From NCBI GenBank assembly GCA_902627595.1, contig CACOJO010000004.1, positions 27,632 to 91,631 on the forward strand: a stretch of 64,000 nt of DNA, given 5' to 3'. The notes under the pieces are model-generated. The model saw only the letters and a program-made list of their open reading frames with translations. It was not told the origin of the DNA and searched no databases. A program made the translations under genes and the position numbers. Of the stretch, positions 20,639 to 30,406 are shown one piece after another (position 1 is the first letter of the stretch; every line of letters begins with the position of its first letter). This stretch comes from an uncultured SAR86 cluster bacterium. GTDB lineage: Bacteria > Pseudomonadota > Gammaproteobacteria > Magnimaribacterales > AG-339-G14.

Positions 20639-20849
20639 AATTTCGCCTCATGAAAATGCCTAAATATAAAATGAGAAAACCTTTCTAAAAGGTTTGATGA
20701 GAACAAATATTTAGGTTTTACGCCCTAGCTACCTATATTTATTAAATTCTTATATTTAAACTATATTAAAATTCTTGCCCTAAAATACTTTTTTGAAGGG
20801 ACTTCGAATGGCATTTTAGAGAATTTATTCAAAGAAATCTAAATTTTTT
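20639..20849. promoter_or_regulatory. Divergent rne/rluC control region; probable rne 5' leader with an 8-bp hairpin at 20687-20705
   Basis: 211-nt non-coding gap, one of the longest in the window. Hairpin AAACCTTT-cta-AAAGGTTT. E. coli rne is autoregulated through its 5' UTR, so the function here is inference only. Confidence 0.3.
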
Positions 20850-21764
20850 ATGTCAAAAGTAAAAAAAATAAATATCGATAGTGATATCTCAGGCCAAAGA
20901 CTTGATAATTTTTTAATTAATAAGCTCAAAGGAGTGCCTAAGTCAAAGATTTATTCAATAATTAGAAAAGGTGAGATAAGGGTTAACAGCAAAAGAAAAA
21001 AACCTTCTTACAAACTTTTACATGGCGATGAATTAAGGATACCTCCTTTAAATATTGTAGAAAAAGAAAATAATTTTATTCCCTCCAAAATCATATCTTT
21101 TTTGAAAGATTCGGTTATTTACGAAAATGATGATTTTATTGTTTTAAATAAACCAGAAGGGATTGCGTCTCATGGAGGAAGCGGAATATCAGTAGGCGTA
21201 ATAGAAGCCGTAAGGAATTTTGGTAAATCTTATAGAGATGCAAAATTAGTACACAGGTTAGATAAAGACACATCGGGATGTCAATTAATTGCTAAAAACA
21301 ACAAATTTTTAAGGCGTTGCAATGAGTTAATTTCTCAGAGAAAAGTAAAAAAAATTTACCATGCCGTCGTTTATGGAAAGTGGGCTCATAAAAATGGTCT
21401 CTATGAGATTAATGTTAAAAAAAATTCTTTAGCAGGTAAGGAAAGAGTAGTTAAAGTTACTAAAACAGGCAAAATAGCTAAGACTTTTTTTAAAGCTATA
21501 AACATTTCCTCTAATTTCTCTTTTATAGAATGCGAATTAATTACAGGACGAACACATCAATTGAGAGTTCATCTTGCTTCTATGGGCCATCCAATAGTAG
21601 GCGATAAAAAATATGGTAATACAAACAGCATGAATTTAAATAATTTCAATTTAAAAGATAGGATGTATCTTCATGCATATTCCTTTACCGCAGATGATTT
21701 AAGTATTAAATTCAATGTTGATTCATCAACAGAGTTTAAAAAAATACTTAAAAATGATGAATAA
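20850..21764 (+). CDS. rluC: 23S rRNA pseudouridine synthase, RluA family (RluC position)
   Basis: S4 domain at the N-terminus, HRLDKDTSG catalytic Asp motif, GRTHQLRVH. Divergent from rne as in E. coli. Confidence 0.75.
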   Translation: MSKVKKINIDSDISGQRLDNFLINKLKGVPKSKIYSIIRKGEIRVNSKRKKPSYKLLHGDELRIPPLNIVEKENNFIPSKIISFLKDSVIYENDDFIVLNKPEGIASHGGSGISVGVIEAVRNFGKSYRDAKLVHRLDKDTSGCQLIAKNNKFLRRCNELISQRKVKKIYHAVVYGKWAHKNGLYEINVKKNSLAGKERVVKVTKTGKIAKTFFKAINISSNFSFIECELITGRTHQLRVHLASMGHPIVGDKKYGNTNSMNLNNFNLKDRMYLHAYSFTADDLSIKFNVDSSTEFKKILKNDE

Positions 21765-21797
21765 ATTACAAAATTGTCCTAGAATTGCCTCTCAACA

Positions 21798-22004
21798 ATG
21801 GCTGTACAAAAAAGCAAAGTATCAAGAGCAAGAAGGGGCGCAAGACGTTCTCATAATTCTTTGAAAAAAGAAACATTATCATTGGATCCTGTTTCTGGGG
21901 AAAAACATCTTCGACACCACATGACTAAAGATGGATTTTTTAAAGGAAGAAAAGTTTTAGACATCAAAACAAAGGAAGAATCAACAGAAGACTCCCCTAG
22001 CTAG
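21798..22004 (+). CDS. rpmF: 50S ribosomal protein L32
   Basis: [19 protein letters not shown]...SGEKHLRHH. About 11 aa longer at the C-terminus than E. coli L32. Confidence 0.9.
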   Translation: MAVQKSKVSRARRGARRSHNSLKKETLSLDPVSGEKHLRHHMTKDGFFKGRKVLDIKTKEESTEDSPS

Positions 22005-22007
22005 GCA

Positions 22008-22739
22008 GTGTCAAAAAAAAGCGTATTAATTACTGGAGCCTCAAGAGGAATAGGTAAAGCTATCCTTGAGTCCTTCAATAAGGAGTATTTTTTAGTTGGC
22101 ACAGGAACGTCTGATTCAAGTGTTGAAAGTATTTTAAAAAATATTAAATCTCTTGGTCTAGAAGGAGCAGCTTTTAAATTAGATTTAGGAAATAGAGACT
22201 CTATTAAAGAATTAACATCTTCGCTTGAAGAAAAAAAAATATATCCAGATATTTTAATAAATAATGCCGGGATCACGAGAGACAATATAATGTTGAGAAT
22301 GCAAGAAGATGAGTGGGACAACGTAATTGATGTTCACCTAAATGGTCAATATTTATTAATCAAGTCTTTTTTAAAGAAAATGGTAAAAAATAAATGGGGC
22401 AGAATAATAAATATTTCCTCAACATCAGCTGTTTTAGGTAATAAAGGCCAAGCTAATTACGCTGCAGCAAAGGCAGGCATTGAAGCAATGTCTAGATCAC
22501 TTGCAAGAGAGCTAGGCTCACGGAATATTAATGTTAATTGTGTTGCGCCAGGTTTTATTGAAACAGACATGACTAAAGAAATATCAGAGGGAAATGAAGA
22601 CCTACTCGCATCTCAAATTCCTTTAGGAAGGCTTGGAAAACCAAATGAAATTGCAGAAGTAGTAAATTTTTTAGCTTCTGAACAAGCAAATTACATTACA
22701 GGACAAACTTTACATGTTAATGGTGGTTTGTATATGTAA
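22008..22739 (+). CDS. fabG: 3-oxoacyl-ACP reductase
   Basis: GTG start. TGASRGIGKA, NNAGITRD, YAAAKAG, and its position upstream of acpP. Confidence 0.9.
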   Translation: MSKKSVLITGASRGIGKAILESFNKEYFLVGTGTSDSSVESILKNIKSLGLEGAAFKLDLGNRDSIKELTSSLEEKKIYPDILINNAGITRDNIMLRMQEDEWDNVIDVHLNGQYLLIKSFLKKMVKNKWGRIINISSTSAVLGNKGQANYAAAKAGIEAMSRSLARELGSRNINVNCVAPGFIETDMTKEISEGNEDLLASQIPLGRLGKPNEIAEVVNFLASEQANYITGQTLHVNGGLYM

Positions 22740-22781
22740 CTTGACTTGCACAAAATTGATACATAAATATTGCAGATTATT

Positions 22782-22811
22782 TTGAAAAAATTTTTTTTAA
22801 AGGTATATAAT
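22782..22811 (+). promoter_or_regulatory. Candidate sigma70 promoter for acpP (TTGAAA-N18-TATAAT)
   Basis: TTGAAA at 22782-22787 and TATAAT at 22806-22811, with AGAGG Shine-Dalgarno upstream of the 22841 ATG. AT-rich context makes chance matches likely. Confidence 0.3.
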
Positions 22812-22840
22812 TCATTCAAATTTTTTAAATAGAGGTTCAT

Positions 22841-23074
22841 ATGAGCAGTACTGAAGATAGAGTTCGCAGAATAGTATGCGAACAATTAGGAGTTGGTGAA
22901 GAAGAAGTAACTCTCTCAGCTTCATTTATTGACGATCTAGGCGCAGACTCGTTAGATACTGTTGAATTAGTCATGGCTTTTGAAGAGGAATTTGAAATTG
23001 AAATTCCCGATGAAGAGGCAGAAAAAATAGCTACTGTTGAAGATGCAGTAAACTATATAGACTCTGCTGAATAA
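22841..23074 (+). CDS. acpP: Acyl carrier protein
   Basis: [19 protein letters not shown] phosphopantetheine-attachment site, 77 aa. Confidence 0.95.
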   Translation: MSSTEDRVRRIVCEQLGVGEEEVTLSASFIDDLGADSLDTVELVMAFEEEFEIEIPDEEAEKIATVEDAVNYIDSAE

Positions 23075-23086
23075 ACTTTTCCAAAT

Positions 23087-24328
23087 ATGTCATCGAAAAG
23101 ACGGGTTGTCGTAACTGGTCTAGGCATAGTTTCTCCACTAGGGAATGATATTGATACATCCTGGCAAAATATTGTTGAAGGAAAAAGCGGTGCTTCAGAG
23201 ATAACTAAATTTGATCCTTCGTCCTTTGCAACACATTTTGCTGCTGAGTTAAAAGGGTATGATGAAATTTCTGGTATTTCCCCAAAAGAAAAAAGAAGGG
23301 TTGACCCCTTTGTACAATATGCAATTACTGCCACAGATCAAGCCATTATTGACGCAAATTTGTCTCTTGAAGATATTGATATTACAAGGGTAGGTGTTTC
23401 AATTGGTTCTGGTATAGGTGGTTTAGGAAGCATCGAAGAAAATGCCCTTATTTTAAATGAAAAAGGGCCAAGAAAGATTTCTCCTTTTTTTGTACCAGGA
23501 GCAATCATAAATATGGCGTCTGGAAATGTAGCAATTAGACATAATCTTCAGGGTCCGAATATTTCAATAGTTTCTGCATGTTCCAGCGCAGGCCATAGTA
23601 TAGGCTATTCGGCTAGAACAATTGCTCATGGAGATGCTGATGTCATGATTACAGGTGGTTCAGAGGCCGCTATAACCCCTTTGGGTTTGGCAGGTTTCAA
23701 TGCCGCAAAAGCACTTTCAACAAATAATGAAAATCCACAGCGTGCTAGTTGCCCTTGGGATAAAAAAAGAGATGGATTTTTATTAGGTGAAGGAGCAGGT
23801 ATTTTGGTTTTAGAAGAATTTGAGTCGGCAAAAGAGAGAGGAGCTCAGATATATGGAGAGATAGTTGGTTTTGGACAAAGCGATGATGCTTATCATATTA
23901 CTGCCCCTGCTGAAGATGGCCGAGGAGCATATCACGCAATGATTAATGCTCTGAAAGATTTTAATCAAGGTCAGGATAAAATTGATTACATAAATGCACA
24001 TGGAACATCTACTCCACTAGGAGACGTCATTGAGGCAAAAGCAATAGCAGAAATTTTTGAAGAAACAGATAATTTATCAGTTAGCTCAACAAAATCTATG
24101 ACTGGTCACTTGTTAGGGGCTGCAGGTGCAATTGAGGCAATTTTTTGTTTACTATCAATGCGAGATTCAATCATTCCACCAACCATAAATTTGGATGAAC
24201 CTGATAATGAATTCAATCTTGATTTAACACCGAATATGTCAAAATCCAAAGAAGTAAAGTTCGCTATGAGTAATTCTTTCGGGTTTGGCGGTACTAACGT
24301 ATCCTTAATTTTTAAAAAAATTCAGTGA
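23087..24328 (+). CDS. fabF: 3-oxoacyl-ACP synthase II
   Basis: RRVVVTGLG, active-site ACSSAGH, NAHGTSTPLGD, NSFGFGGTN. Confidence 0.9.
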   Translation: MSSKRRVVVTGLGIVSPLGNDIDTSWQNIVEGKSGASEITKFDPSSFATHFAAELKGYDEISGISPKEKRRVDPFVQYAITATDQAIIDANLSLEDIDITRVGVSIGSGIGGLGSIEENALILNEKGPRKISPFFVPGAIINMASGNVAIRHNLQGPNISIVSACSSAGHSIGYSARTIAHGDADVMITGGSEAAITPLGLAGFNAAKALSTNNENPQRASCPWDKKRDGFLLGEGAGILVLEEFESAKERGAQIYGEIVGFGQSDDAYHITAPAEDGRGAYHAMINALKDFNQGQDKIDYINAHGTSTPLGDVIEAKAIAEIFEETDNLSVSSTKSMTGHLLGAAGAIEAIFCLLSMRDSIIPPTINLDEPDNEFNLDLTPNMSKSKEVKFAMSNSFGFGGTNVSLIFKKIQ

Positions 24329-25245
24329 AATATCTATTTTCTTTGATATTTCTCATAAATATTTTCTCTTATTCTTTTTTAATATTTAAACCTCTTAACT
24401 ACCTTGCAGAATTTACAGTCAAAGAAGGAGATAACCTGGGTAAAATTTTTTTTGAATTAGAAAAGAAAAATATTTTTTTTCCCAAAGCAATGAAGCTTAT
24501 TTTTAATTTGTTTGAAGCAGATAAGCGACTTTTTCAAGGAAAATATAATGTAACTAATCAAGATTCATTGTATAAGATTTTCAATAAAATTTATCTTGGA
24601 AAGATTACTTTGAAAGAATTCGTAATTCCCGAAGGATCTCAAATTGAAAATCTATTTACTAAAGAAGTGATCGATGAATATTGTTTGGAGCAAGATATAG
24701 TTAATTCTTGTAAATTGGAAGGATATCTCAAGCCCGACACATATTTTTATGACAGAGAAAGTGAATTAATAGATATCTTAAGAAACTCAATTATTAATCA
24801 AAATAAAATTCTCGATCAAGCATGGAAAAAACGAAAATCAAATTTAGAGAATATTTCAAAATTTGATATGTTGACTATTGCATCAATTATAGAAAAAGAG
24901 GCCTGCTCCAATGAAAGAGAAAAAATTTCAGGAGTAATACTTAATAGACTAAATCTTAAAATGTTTTTGCAAATGGACTCTACTACAATATATGGATTGA
25001 AAGAATTCAATGGGGATTTAAAGAAGAAACATCTAAAAGACTCTTCCTTATATAATACTTATATGCACAAAGGTTTACCTCCAGGTCCAATTTCAAATCC
25101 CTCTAAAAATTCAATCTTTGCAGCAGGACAACCAGAGTCTCATGATTTTTTATATTTCGTTGCTAAAGATAAGTGTAAACATGAATTTTCCACAAATTAT
25201 GATGATCATTTGATGGCTGTAAAAAAATATCAATTAAAAAAATAA
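24325..25245 (+). CDS. mltG: Endolytic murein transglycosylase (YceG family)
   Basis: IASIIEKEA, LQMDSTTIYG, YNTYMHKGLPPGPISNP. Position after fabF as in E. coli. Confidence 0.8.
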   Translation: MKYLFSLIFLINIFSYSFLIFKPLNYLAEFTVKEGDNLGKIFFELEKKNIFFPKAMKLIFNLFEADKRLFQGKYNVTNQDSLYKIFNKIYLGKITLKEFVIPEGSQIENLFTKEVIDEYCLEQDIVNSCKLEGYLKPDTYFYDRESELIDILRNSIINQNKILDQAWKKRKSNLENISKFDMLTIASIIEKEACSNEREKISGVILNRLNLKMFLQMDSTTIYGLKEFNGDLKKKHLKDSSLYNTYMHKGLPPGPISNPSKNSIFAAGQPESHDFLYFVAKDKCKHEFSTNYDDHLMAVKKYQLKK

Positions 25246-25856
25246 TGTTTATTTCTCTAGAAGGAAGCGAAGGAGCGGGGAAGTCTACTTTGATAGACTC
25301 ATTAAAAAAATTTTTTAAAAAAAATAAAATAGAATTTCTCTTTACCAGAGAACCAGGAGCAACTAAAGAAGGACAAATCTTAAGAGAAATATTATTAGAT
25401 AAATCTATTGAAATTGATCCTTACACAGAAACCTTTCTTCTTGTGGCTGATAGATTGCAACACGCTAATAAGATAATTATTCCCGCTCTTGCCAAAGATA
25501 TAAATGTCTTGTCAGATAGATATATTGACTCGACTTATGCATATCAAGGAGCTGGAAGAGGAATTAGTCAAAAATACTTAGATCAAATTATGGAGCCATT
25601 AAACTTGCCAATGCCTGAGCTAACTATTTACTTAGATTTACCTGTCGAAGATGGATTGAAAAGAGCTAAATATCGAGATGAGCTTGATAGATTTGAAGAA
25701 GAGGATATTAAATTCTTTGAAAGAATAAGATCTTTTTACTTAGATCAAGCAAAAAAAAATCCTAATCGTTTTTTAATCATAGACTCTAGTAAAGATAAAG
25801 AAGAGGTATTTGAAATTTCCAAGAACCTCATTTTAAAAAAATTAAATGAAAAATAA
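25245..25856 (+). CDS. tmk: Thymidylate kinase
   Basis: ISLEGSEGAGKST P-loop, DRYIDSTYAYQG. Confidence 0.9.
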   Translation: MFISLEGSEGAGKSTLIDSLKKFFKKNKIEFLFTREPGATKEGQILREILLDKSIEIDPYTETFLLVADRLQHANKIIIPALAKDINVLSDRYIDSTYAYQGAGRGISQKYLDQIMEPLNLPMPELTIYLDLPVEDGLKRAKYRDELDRFEEEDIKFFERIRSFYLDQAKKNPNRFLIIDSSKDKEEVFEISKNLILKKLNEK

Positions 25857-26766
25857 TTATTTTGAAAAATTATTAAATTTTGAAGACTTATCTCATGCAT
25901 ATCTTTTTGAATGTAAGCCTTCAAAAGAATTTAACTTAGAAATAAATAATTTAATCAAAAAAATTCTTTGTGTGGATAAACAAAAAAACTTTATGTTTTG
26001 TGATTTATGTAGTTCATGCACGTCTTTCAATGGTCATACCAATCCAGATTTTTTAGAAATATTTCCAGATGAAAAATTAAAGACAAAAGTTATTGGCATA
26101 ACAACTCTTAGAGGAGACACAAAGAAGAACAGAGGCATCATTAATATAATGAATGAAACCGCATTACTATCAGATGCAAAATTAATAAAAATTAATGATG
26201 CAGATTTACTTGATAATTTGGCCCAAGATTATTTACTAAAAATTCTAGAAGAGCCTCCAAAAAACTCATATATCTTTTTACTTTCTTCTAGGCCAGCTAT
26301 ATTAAAGCCAACTATTCTCAGCAGGGTAAACAGAATAAAGATCAACCCTTCATATTTTGAAAATAAAGATATAAAAAATAAATTAGATCCGTTATTTTAT
26401 GAAATTTTATTTAGAGAATTTGATCCTTCTTCCATCGACGAGGTAGAAATACAAAAACTGAAATCTATATATGCAGAAACCATTGACTCAATAGAAGAGT
26501 TCAACTTTTCAAAAACTAGAGTTTTAGATCTTTGGAATGATGATTACCTAAATTTTAGATTAAATATTTTAAAACAAAATATCTTCAATGTTTTATCAAA
26601 TAAATTTAAGGATAGCGGATTTAAAGATGCTTCTGCAATTTCATCTCTTAATGAAGATAAACTTTTTTTATTTCTAGAAGAATTAATATCCTTTCAAACT
26701 TTATTAGCCAATAAAGTACCTATAAATAAAAAAATTCAACTAAGTGCTATTTTTGATTTTGTTTGA
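25846..26766 (+). CDS. holB: DNA polymerase III delta' subunit
   Basis: LLKILEEPP motif, Cys cluster CDLCSSC, and its position after tmk. Confidence 0.7.
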   Translation: MKNNYFEKLLNFEDLSHAYLFECKPSKEFNLEINNLIKKILCVDKQKNFMFCDLCSSCTSFNGHTNPDFLEIFPDEKLKTKVIGITTLRGDTKKNRGIINIMNETALLSDAKLIKINDADLLDNLAQDYLLKILEEPPKNSYIFLLSSRPAILKPTILSRVNRIKINPSYFENKDIKNKLDPLFYEILFREFDPSSIDEVEIQKLKSIYAETIDSIEEFNFSKTRVLDLWNDDYLNFRLNILKQNIFNVLSNKFKDSGFKDASAISSLNEDKLFLFLEELISFQTLLANKVPINKKIQLSAIFDFV

Positions 26767-27435
26767 TAATTGACTTTGATAAAAAGCCAATATTGGAAAA
26801 GAAATCAGGCAAATCTGAATATATATTGCTATTGAACTAGATAAAATCCTGTAAATTTGAGGAATTTCATCTGGCTTTTCGTAGTTACTAATCAAAGAAG
26901 ATAAAATTGTTATCGATAAAATTGTAATCAGCCAAAAAAAAGTAGCCATTAGAACGCATTGTACTAAGTTTGACTTGGAGCTTTCCCAGGAAAAATACAA
27001 CGACTCAAAAATAGATTTATTTTCCAGAATTGCATAATAGTTAACAAATACTAGTAATCCAGCTATAAGAATTCCTGGAAAAACAAATAAAATTAATCCC
27101 AAGCCAATGGCAATTGTTGATATTAAAGAAAGTAATAAAACTTTTATTAAGAATTGCCAAGAAATTGCATAGTAAACCAGAACGTCTCTTTTATTATTCT
27201 TGAATAAATCGTTAGCCAACAAAATTGAAAAAATCGTGATTAATGGTGAGATTAAAAAATTATTAAATAACAAAAGCATAATATCTAAATTTGATAAGCC
27301 CATAGATAATTGCGATGTCGATCCACTACTTGCAACAAAACCAAATAAAAAAACGAGAGGAATAATCTTGATTGAAAAATTCAAACCAAAATTTTTATAA
27401 TATTCGAAACCTTTAGATATTGCTTGAAGTGTCAT
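26740..27435 (-). CDS. Polytopic membrane protein, unknown function
   Basis: 231 aa with about 6 hydrophobic segments. No motif recognised. 27-nt convergent overlap with holB. Confidence 0.45.
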   Translation of the reverse strand: MTLQAISKGFEYYKNFGLNFSIKIIPLVFLFGFVASSGSTSQLSMGLSNLDIMLLLFNNFLISPLITIFSILLANDLFKNNKRDVLVYYAISWQFLIKVLLLSLISTIAIGLGLILFVFPGILIAGLLVFVNYYAILENKSIFESLYFSWESSKSNLVQCVLMATFFWLITILSITILSSLISNYEKPDEIPQIYRILSSSIAIYIQICLISFPILAFYQSQLSNKIKNST

Positions 27436-27456
27436 AGAATAATTAAGGAGTTAATT

Positions 27457-27684
27457 ATGATAGAAATTTGGTCAAAACCGCAATGTCCATTTTGCGATAA
27501 AGCAGAAAATTTATGCAAGCAAAAAAACTTTGAATACAAAAAATTCATGTTAGATGTAGATTTTTCTAGAGAGGAAATGTTCGAAAAATTTCCATCAGCC
27601 AGAACCTTTCCACAAATCACAATAAATGGAGAGCTTATTGGCGGATATACTGAATTTGAAGCAAAAGTAAGATCAGAAGAATAA
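27457..27684 (+). CDS. Glutaredoxin (dithiol, CPFC active site)
   Basis: KPQCPFCDKA, TFPQITINGELIGGY. Start moved to the ATG at 27457, which has an AAGGAG Shine-Dalgarno 8 nt upstream. Confidence 0.8.
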   Translation: MIEIWSKPQCPFCDKAENLCKQKNFEYKKFMLDVDFSREEMFEKFPSARTFPQITINGELIGGYTEFEAKVRSEE

Positions 27685-29325
27685 TTGGATAGCCTAAATA
27701 GTTATATTCTATTAGTAGATAGCTATTTTGGTAGCGCTCCATGGTTTCCTTTGTTGCTTTTATCTATCGGCATTTTTTTTACCTTTTATCTTGGCATACC
27801 TCAACTAAAATTTTTTTTTAAAGGATGGAAAATACTTTTTTCATCTGGAAAAGACAATGTTGGTCAAACTACTCCTTTTCAAGCATTGAGTACAGCTTTA
27901 TCGGGAACTGTTGGTACAGGGAATATCGGCGGGGTAGCTATGGCTATCTTTATTGGAGGGCCTGCAGCTCTTTTTTGGATGTGGGTTACAGCTTTTCTTG
28001 GAATGACAACTAAATTTGTTGAAGTTTCGTTATCTCATCACTATCGAGAGAAGAATGTCTTTGGAGAGGTTTTTGGTGGACCTATGATTTATATGGAAAA
28101 AGGATTAAATATGAAATGGCTTGGAGCAATCTTTGCTTTTTGTCTTTTAATAAGTACTTTTGGTTCCGGAAATATGCCTCAGATTGATAATATTTCAAGC
28201 ACAATTGAATCTAGCTTTGGAGTAAATCCTTTATTAACGTCGATAGCGATGAGCATACTGGTGGCATTAGTTATCATTGGCGGGATAAAGAGGATTTCTT
28301 CAATAGCTGCTTCAATCGTTCCTCTAATGGCATTTATTTACTTAGTTGGAGGATTGAGTGTATTGATTTTTAATTATGAAAATATCATTCCTTCTTTTAA
28401 GGTTATTATTCACGACGTATTTGAGGGTACTTCAGTAGCAGGAGGATTTCTTGGAGCTTCTTTTTCTCTTGCTTTCACATATGGAGTAGCAAGAGGTTTA
28501 TATTCAAATGAAGCAGGTCAAGGATCAGCTCCAATAGCTCACGCAACTTCTAAAACAAAACATTCAATAGAAGAAGGATTTGTTTCAATTTTAGAACCTT
28601 TTATAGATACATTAATAATTTGTACCTTAACGGGATTAGTTATTTTATCTTCAGGAGTTTGGACAGAAAAATTTTCAAATAATTTTGAAAGAACTTCAAT
28701 GTTCATTGTGAACGGATCGCTGGAAGAAAGAAATGATGGATCAGAAGTCTTAAAGTTTCTTTCTGGCGAGAATTCTTCAGTTAAGAATTTTATTGGTGAA
28801 TTAAACGTTCTATCTGGAAAAATTTCAGAAGAGGTAACAATTATAAATAATAGATCTATTGCAGAAGATGTAATTATTCTTAAAGATAATATTCCTTTTA
28901 ACGGTAAACTTTATATTGATGAAGAAGAAATTGATCCTAGTTATCAATTCAAAGGCAAATCTTTAGTTAAATCTGCTGTTTTAACCAGTAAAGCATTTAA
29001 TAAAGGTTTTTTTGGAAGTTATGGCGAATATATTGTTTCAATAGGATTGTTGCTATTTGCCTTTTCTACTGTTATCACTTGGGCATATTATGGCGATCGA
29101 TGCACGGCTTACTTGTTCGGAGAGTCCTCCGTCATTTACTATAGAATACTTTATATATTTGCATTCTTTGTTGCTGGCAGTGGCTATTTGGATACTGAAA
29201 TCATCTGGAACTTTGCTTTGATAACAGTAGCTGCAAGTACATTACCAAACTTGATATCAATTTTTCTTCTTAGAGAAAAAATGAAAAATTTGATTTCAGC
29301 ATATTTAAATTCATCAGATGACTGA
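27685..29325 (+). CDS. Alanine/glycine:cation symporter (AGCS family) with an internal ~100-aa hydrophilic insertion
   Basis: QALSTALSGTVGTGNIGGVAMAI, SNEAGQGSAPIAHA. TTG start. Confidence 0.85.
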   Translation: MDSLNSYILLVDSYFGSAPWFPLLLLSIGIFFTFYLGIPQLKFFFKGWKILFSSGKDNVGQTTPFQALSTALSGTVGTGNIGGVAMAIFIGGPAALFWMWVTAFLGMTTKFVEVSLSHHYREKNVFGEVFGGPMIYMEKGLNMKWLGAIFAFCLLISTFGSGNMPQIDNISSTIESSFGVNPLLTSIAMSILVALVIIGGIKRISSIAASIVPLMAFIYLVGGLSVLIFNYENIIPSFKVIIHDVFEGTSVAGGFLGASFSLAFTYGVARGLYSNEAGQGSAPIAHATSKTKHSIEEGFVSILEPFIDTLIICTLTGLVILSSGVWTEKFSNNFERTSMFIVNGSLEERNDGSEVLKFLSGENSSVKNFIGELNVLSGKISEEVTIINNRSIAEDVIILKDNIPFNGKLYIDEEEIDPSYQFKGKSLVKSAVLTSKAFNKGFFGSYGEYIVSIGLLLFAFSTVITWAYYGDRCTAYLFGESSVIYYRILYIFAFFVAGSGYLDTEIIWNFALITVAASTLPNLISIFLLREKMKNLISAYLNSSDD

Positions 29326-30406
29326 AGTCATTGTTATTGGTGGAGGTGTTATAGGATTAAGCATTGCCCGAGAACTCTCTAAATCTGGAATTGAAACTAT
29401 TGTATTGGAAAAAAATGATAGAGCAGGTGATGTAACTTCATCGAGAAATTCTGGTGTTATACATGCGGGAATTTACTATCCTGAAGATTATTTGAAAACA
29501 AAGCTTTGTATTGAAGGTAATACTCTGATTTATAAGTATGCTGAAGAAAAAAAAATAAATCATAAAAAATATGGAAAATACATTATTGCCACCGAAAAAT
29601 CGGAGGAAGCTAACTTAGATAAAATTCTAAAACAAGGAAAAAAAAATAATATATTTATCGATAGAGCAAATCCTGAAAAAGTTTATGAAAACAACCCTGG
29701 ATTAACATTTTATAAAGCTCTTTATTCTCCTAATTCAGGCGTAATTGACGTTCCCGAATACGTAACAGCACTTGAAGGCGACATTCAACATTATGGCGGT
29801 TTGATTTCTCTTCGAACATCTTTTTTAGGAGCCAAAAATAATAAAAATGGATTTTTGGTTGACTGTGAAAGCGATGATCTTTTTTCTTTAGACTGTAAAT
29901 ATTTGATTAATTGCAGTGGATTAAGTAATGAACAGACTTTAAAAAACATTAAAAACTTTCCAAGAAACAAAATATATCGCAATTATTTCGCTAAGGGACA
30001 TTATTTTAAGTATTCTGGGAAGGCGCCATTTTCAAATCTAATCTATCCAGTTTCAGGAAATCATAGTTTGGGCATTCACGTAGGCTTTGATTTAGCTGGA
30101 GGTATGAGATTTGGCCCTGATGTAGAATTTGTAAATAAAATAGATTATAAGTTTAACGAGTCTCTTAAAGAAAAATTTATTAAATCTATATCAAGATATT
30201 GGCCTGAACTTAATCCAGATAAATTGCATCCTGATTACACGGGTATCAGACCAAAAATAACCAAGCCAAATGAGTCCATGCGAGATTTTAGTATTGAAAC
30301 AGAAAAACAGCATGGGATAAAAAATCTTATCAATCTACAAGGTATTGAAAGCCCAGGTCTAACTTCTTCTCTAGCAATAGGAAAATATGTTAAGAGTCTA
30401 ATTTAG
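29318..30406 (+). CDS. FAD-dependent oxidoreductase (DAO family, L-2-hydroxyglutarate-oxidase-like)
   Basis: VIVIGGGVIGLSIA, SSRNSGVIHAGIYY (compare E. coli LhgO NSGVIHAGVYY), IESPGLTSSLAIG. Confidence 0.55.
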   Translation: MTEVIVIGGGVIGLSIARELSKSGIETIVLEKNDRAGDVTSSRNSGVIHAGIYYPEDYLKTKLCIEGNTLIYKYAEEKKINHKKYGKYIIATEKSEEANLDKILKQGKKNNIFIDRANPEKVYENNPGLTFYKALYSPNSGVIDVPEYVTALEGDIQHYGGLISLRTSFLGAKNNKNGFLVDCESDDLFSLDCKYLINCSGLSNEQTLKNIKNFPRNKIYRNYFAKGHYFKYSGKAPFSNLIYPVSGNHSLGIHVGFDLAGGMRFGPDVEFVNKIDYKFNESLKEKFIKSISRYWPELNPDKLHPDYTGIRPKITKPNESMRDFSIETEKQHGIKNLINLQGIESPGLTSSLAIGKYVKSLI

